Shown: in pieces, positions 59,150-64,000 of the stretch
Position numbering within the stretch: position 1 is the stretch's first letter
How the letters are laid out: the number at the start of each line of letters is the position of its first letter
NCBI RefSeq assembly: GCF_009914755.1
Contig: NC_060926.1
Direction: 5' to 3' (one strand)
DNA length: 64,000 nucleotides
Source: the human T2T-CHM13v2.0 reference genome, Homo sapiens
Notes under the pieces: generated by a model
The model's database searches: none
What the model was told of the DNA's origin: nothing
What the model saw: the letters and a program-made list of their open reading frames with translations, nothing else
Made by a program: the position numbers and the translations under genes

Positions 59150-61615
59150 AGCCCAGGGCTCCCAGATCATCCTTTACCCCTTAACTCTCACCTCCAGACA
59201 ACTCCATGAGGACCCTAGTCTTCATCTCGTGATCCATGGTCCATCTCATGGTCCATCAGAGGTAGAATACTTCCATCCACCGCCTCCCCTGAATGCTCCC
59301 TCTGCCTTCTTGCTGTAACCGGATGCCGGCTTTCCAGCAAGGACACTGCTTCCTCTATAGCCCTTCCAAGTGGAGGATGTTTCCTCTCCTCCATCCCTCA
59401 TGCCACTAAGTCTGAGGCTGGGGTAGGGTCTTCTCTGATACCTCAGTGCTGCTTGGGGACCATAGTCCATCCACCCTCTGCAAAAAGCCTGCTTTGAAGC
59501 AAATGCCATCAGCCTACAATCCTGCAATAGCTTCCCTTACAGTTATCTACTGAACCCTGGCTCACTGCACTGCTTTCCACGCTCTTCTGTTATATTTCTT
59601 GGTGGCTTCAGTAGTCATGATGACACTGCTTCCAACATTTGGACTTTTCTGTTTCTTGACCCATCTCTCCTCCAATGACCTTGTCCTCCCAGCTATCACA
59701 GACACTCATACCTTATAACCATCCATGACCAATGACTGCAACACTCTCACAATGTTAATTTCATCTTCCCACTCTAAAATCACCCCTGCTGTCTTATAGC
59801 TCAACCCTCTAGTACCTGGCCCAAACAGTTCTTTGACTCAAGTTGTCATGAACAGTTGTGCATTTTGTGTATTGCACAAAAGTCCTTGGCCAAGGGACAA
59901 GTAGGCCCTGAAACCCACCTCAAGTTCTAGGAATGACACTGTGTTCTCTGCCTGGCTCATGGCTTCATCCACCCAAAGGAAGAGGCAGCTTTTTCTTTGC
60001 ATAACTGCAGGACTGCGTCACCTAGAGGGGAAGCATTTATCTATTTCACTCAAGACACTCTGTGGACTAGTGCCAGCTCTGACTTGGCCCCACTGGGACC
60101 TATGATTCATTGCTTTCATTACCATTCCAATCTCCTCATCCCCCTCATGCCCTTTCCTCCTTTTCCAGCTGACATTTAGTGTTCCATGATTAGAATCTCT
60201 CCTTTGCATACACTTTCAAACTCCCTGGCTCCTTCCTCCCTTCTTTGGCAAAATTGTTGTTCCTTTTAAAATGTAACATTCTGTCTACTTCATGCCTGCA
60301 CCCATGCAGTGGAATACAGCTGGAGGAAAACAGACACATTTTACATTCCCATTCACGGCGGCTAACTTTAAGTGGACCCTTACTTCTGCCTGGTAAGCCT
60401 CGTCTAGCTACTCTTTTGCTCTCTCAGACACCAATCTGTTGGGATACCCAGTAAGAGCCCACTTCTTATTTATCCGAGAGAATACAAGCAGTCAGAAGAG
60501 AACTTCCACATTCTCCCAGCACCATCGTCACCCATGTATCTGCACCTGTACCTCACACGCTGCCTTCCCCCCATTACCGTAGATGAACTGTCCCTGCTCT
60601 TATCCAAAACCAACCCCTCCACTTATATATTAGATATCATCCCTTTTTCGTATGCAAGGCCTTTGCTCCACTAATAATCTCTCCTCTCTCCTGCATCATC
60701 ATCACTTTTTCCTCTCTCTACTGGATCGTTTAGATCAACATATCAACAAGTTGTAATACCTCTTCTATTTTGAAAAATTCTTTCTTGACTCTGTGACCCC
60801 TCCAGCTACTACACCACTTATCTGCTCCATTTTATAGCAAATCTCCTCTCAAGAATGGGTTATCCCTGCTGCCTCTTCTCCCATCCCCTCCTGAACTCAC
60901 TCCAGCCAGGCTATTGTCCTCATCACTCCACCAAAACTTTTCTTGTCCAAGGTTATCAATGAATCTCATGTTGCTAAATCCATTGGTCAATTTTCAGTCC
61001 TCATCTTACTTGACCCAGCAGCTTTTGACACAGCTGATCACTCCATCCTTCTTTACTTGGCTTCTAGGACTCCACTTGGTTTCCTTTTACTATGTTGGTC
61101 ACGCCCTCGCAGACCCTGTGCTGGTTTTTCTATGTCTCCTCAAGCTCTGAGCTGTGACACAACCCTGGAAAGTTCTTGGACCTCTTCTCTATCCACACTC
61201 ATCCCCTCTCATGGCTTTAATTATCATCTGTATAATGATGACTCCCAGAACTCTAGACTCACATATCCAACTGCAAACACAGTGTCTCCACTTGGATATG
61301 AACGGGACTCAAACCTAGTGTGTCCAAAGAAGAGCTCCTGATTCCACCATCCTTGCCAAGCTGCACATCCTCCACCCTTCCCTAACTCAGTCAATGGCAA
61401 CTCCATCCTTCCAGCATCTAGGCCAAAAGCCCTGGAGTCATCCTTGATCTCTCAATCTCTCTCTGTCTCTTTCTTCACTTATGAATTACCAGCAAAGTCT
61501 GTCAGTTCTGCCTTTAAAATTGATCCAGAATCCAACCACTTTATACCATCTCCATTACTACCACCAACATCCAAGTTACCACTATCTCTCATCTTTGTTT
61601 CCTGTAGTAGCCTTG
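59150..61615 (+). mobile_element. Long L2 LINE remnant (endonuclease region to 3' part)
   Basis: Pyrimidine-rich L2 sequence; decayed EN reading LLAVT...SGGCFLS...FEANAI...VIY from 59306; L2 3' motifs ctcagtcaatggcaactccatcctt, gccaaaagccctggagtcatccttga. Confidence 0.75.
59839..60080 (+). mobile_element. MER91A-like hAT-Tip100 element nested in L2
   Basis: acagttgtgca...ttgtgtattgcacaa...ggccaaggg...ctgaaaccca...tccacccaaaggaagaggc. Confidence 0.55.
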
Positions 61616-61715
61616 ACTGGGGACTTCAGCTGGGGCTGTGATCAGAACACTAACATGTAGCCTCTTCACAGTGGCCTGAGCTTTCTCACAACACTGTGGC
61701 TGGTCTATGGGCAAG

Positions 61716-61847
61716 TTTTTTGTTTTTGTTTTTTCTCTCCAAGTCTGGAGTGGAGTGGCATGATCATAGCTCACTGCAACCTCAAACTCCTGTGCTCAAG
61801 CGACCCTCCTGGCTCAGCTTCATGAGTAGCTGGGGACTACAGGTGCC
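61716..61847 (-). mobile_element. AluJ fragment
   Basis: gatcatagctcactgcaacctcaaactcctgtgctcaagcga. Confidence 0.75.
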
Positions 61848-62875
61848 TTTTCTGACCTAGAACTACTAAGTGACAGATACTACATTAAGCACTGAGGACA
61901 TAAAGATGAGTAAAAAATAGTTCTTGGGTTCAAGGAGTTTATAGACTTGAAGGGGAGATGGACAAGGGAACTCCATGTGTTAGAACTTAACATTCTAAAT
62001 GCTGTTACACAATTAAGCAGACGGTGCCTTGGGAAATGAGGTGAAGGGGGATAAATCAGCGGAGATTTGAATTGGAATTACACTCTGGAGGAGGAGGAAG
62101 GGGCTTCTGCATGATGAAAGCTGCACTTATGCTAGGCAAAGAGGTTAAAGAGGAAGCTATGAGGTTAACAATGGACACACCATGGGATGAATCAGAACAA
62201 ATTCAAATCCTCCCTCTTACACTTCCTATTTAAACATGGGGAAATTATGTAATCTCTCTGATCCTGTGTTCTCATTTATAGATTGAGAATTACTCTTCAG
62301 ACTTGAGAAAATTATCACAGTGTCTAACACTTCATAGGCATCCAATAAATGATGATTTTATAAAAATTAGTTGATTCAAATTGTCTGATATAGGTTTTTT
62401 TTGCAGTTTTTTTCTTTCATGAGCCCTATTCCAATAGGTCCAAACAATCTTCAGAGTTTTCATTTAAGAAATGAAAGAAGAAATTTTGGGGGCAGAGAAA
62501 CAGAAAGATTACTTTTCTCCAGCTTCATTACTTTTCTTCATCCTCATCATCAGAGCTGCACAGCCTGATTTGCAATATCTTCTTGCCCTTATTTCCAATG
62601 CAAAAACTCCTTGCAGCAGGCCTTGTATTTGATTCTGGGGGCTAATCTGGGAATGTTTTCCCGGGATATGGACTGGCAGATGCGGCAATTTCCGGGTCAT
62701 GTTACCTTCTGTGTTAGCCGGGGCAGATAGGGAGAGGAGAGGAAAAAAAGTGGAAATAAAAGGTTTCTTTTAAATTCAATTTTGAAAGTCTACGCTGTCG
62801 AGAATAAAGTACATAACATCTGGTCCCTGCCTTAAGATTCTTACATTAAAGCGGGAGACTGAAACCTAATAATCT

Positions 62876-63397
62876 TGTGTCCGGAGGTGGTTCCTTCCGG
62901 TGGGTTCGTGGTCTGGCTGACTTCAAGAATGCAGCCACGGACCTTTGCGGTGACTGTTACAGCTCTTAAAGATGGCACGGACCCAAAGAGTGAGCAGCAG
63001 CAAGATTTATTGTGAAGAGCGAAAGAACACAGCTTCCACAACCTGGCAGGAGACCCGAGCGGGTTACCCCTGAAGGCTGGGGTGGCCCAGCGTTTATTCC
63101 CGTATTTGTCCCCGCCCATTTCCTGCCAATTGGTCCATTTTACAGAGCGCTGATTGGTCCATTTCACAGAGTGCTGATTGGTCATTTTATAATCCTCTAG
63201 CTAGCTACAGAGCACCATTTGGTGCATTTTTACAGAGCGCTGATTGGTGCATTTTACAAACCTCTAGGCAGCTACAGAGCACAGATTGGTGCATTTCTAC
63301 AGAGCACTGATTGACGCATTTTACAATCCCTTTGTAAGACAGAAAAGTTCTCTAAGACCCCACTGGACCCAGGAAGTCCAGCTGGCTTCACTTCTCA
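62876..63397 (-). mobile_element. Solo LTR12 (ERV9; LTR12F-like, 522 bp)
   Basis: Minus strand begins TGAGAAGTGAAGCCAGCTGGACTTCCTGGG and ends GGACACA (TG...CA); 4-bp TSD atct (62872-62875 / 63398-63401); tandem CCAAT repeats. Confidence 0.92.
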
Positions 63398-64000
63398 ATC
63401 TTAGTTAGAATCATAGGATATAATCAAGTGCTTCAAATGTCAGAATGGAAGATAGAGACACAGAGGCAGGGTGAAGGTGGGAGGCCCCTATCCCCGCTGC
63501 AGTGGCAGAGGAGCCCCTAGCCTGTTTTACCAAGTCTGGCACTGCTGGGGCAGATGGTGCCTCTATACAATCACCTACTTTTTTCTCAGCTGTTCATTCC
63601 AAGACTGCAACTTTCTAGAAAGGAAGACTCAGCTGGACCCTAAAGCCATTAGGCCAGATCCACCAGAAGGCCTGCCCCACATGCTCTGAGGATTAGCACT
63701 GGTCTTATTTAACAATCTAATTAATGTTTTGATAATTTAACAATTTTGTGTGCTTTTTGGAGGGCTTTCGAGAGGAGCGACCTTGGCAGACAAAGCCACA
63801 TTTTCTTTCGTTCTTAGACAGATGCCTTTTCTGATCCTATTAATGAGAAACACCCTTCCTGTCTGTGCTTGGCCAAGTGAGTAAGAAGAGGCTTTCCTGC
63901 AGTTGGGAGGGGGTGGAGGATCCCCAGCAGCTGAGCCAGTGAGGGGTGGGGAGGTGGGGGTGAGCACAGGAGAGCAGCAGCCGTGTCCTTAGCCCCATCA

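Noticed and set aside
63126-63330. CRISPR-like repeat array
   Set aside because: These are the tandem CCAAT enhancer repeats of LTR12; no unique spacers or cas genes, and the context is eukaryotic.

Overview
Human/great-ape-type genomic DNA, repeat-rich, with no recognisable host protein-coding exon, RNA gene or CRISPR array; probably intergenic or a large intron (locus not identifiable without a search). The dominant feature is a full-length + strand L1PA2 retrotransposon (6970-13054) inserted beside or into a MIR. Its ORF1 and ORF2 are disabled, but the antisense 71-aa ORF0 is intact, the endonuclease and RT halves of ORF2 survive as separate open frames, and it carries a ~15-nt 3' transduction between two poly(A) tails that could identify its source element. 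The rest is a layered transposon fossil record: two inverted 5'-truncated L1PA8-10 copies, old L1M/L2/MIR elements, about 17 Alus, MaLR/ERVL LTRs, hAT DNA transposons and a solo LTR12 (ERV9) with TSDs. Oddities include a trimeric Alu with fold-back templated insertions, an Alu monomer with a 5' cargo inside its TSDs, a very tight inverted Alu pair and an L2 fossil with a readable endonuclease domain. Several non-repetitive motif-rich patches are candidate enhancers. Repeat subfamily names come from remembered consensus sequences and need RepeatMasker/Dfam confirmation. I found no convincing new multi-gene system.
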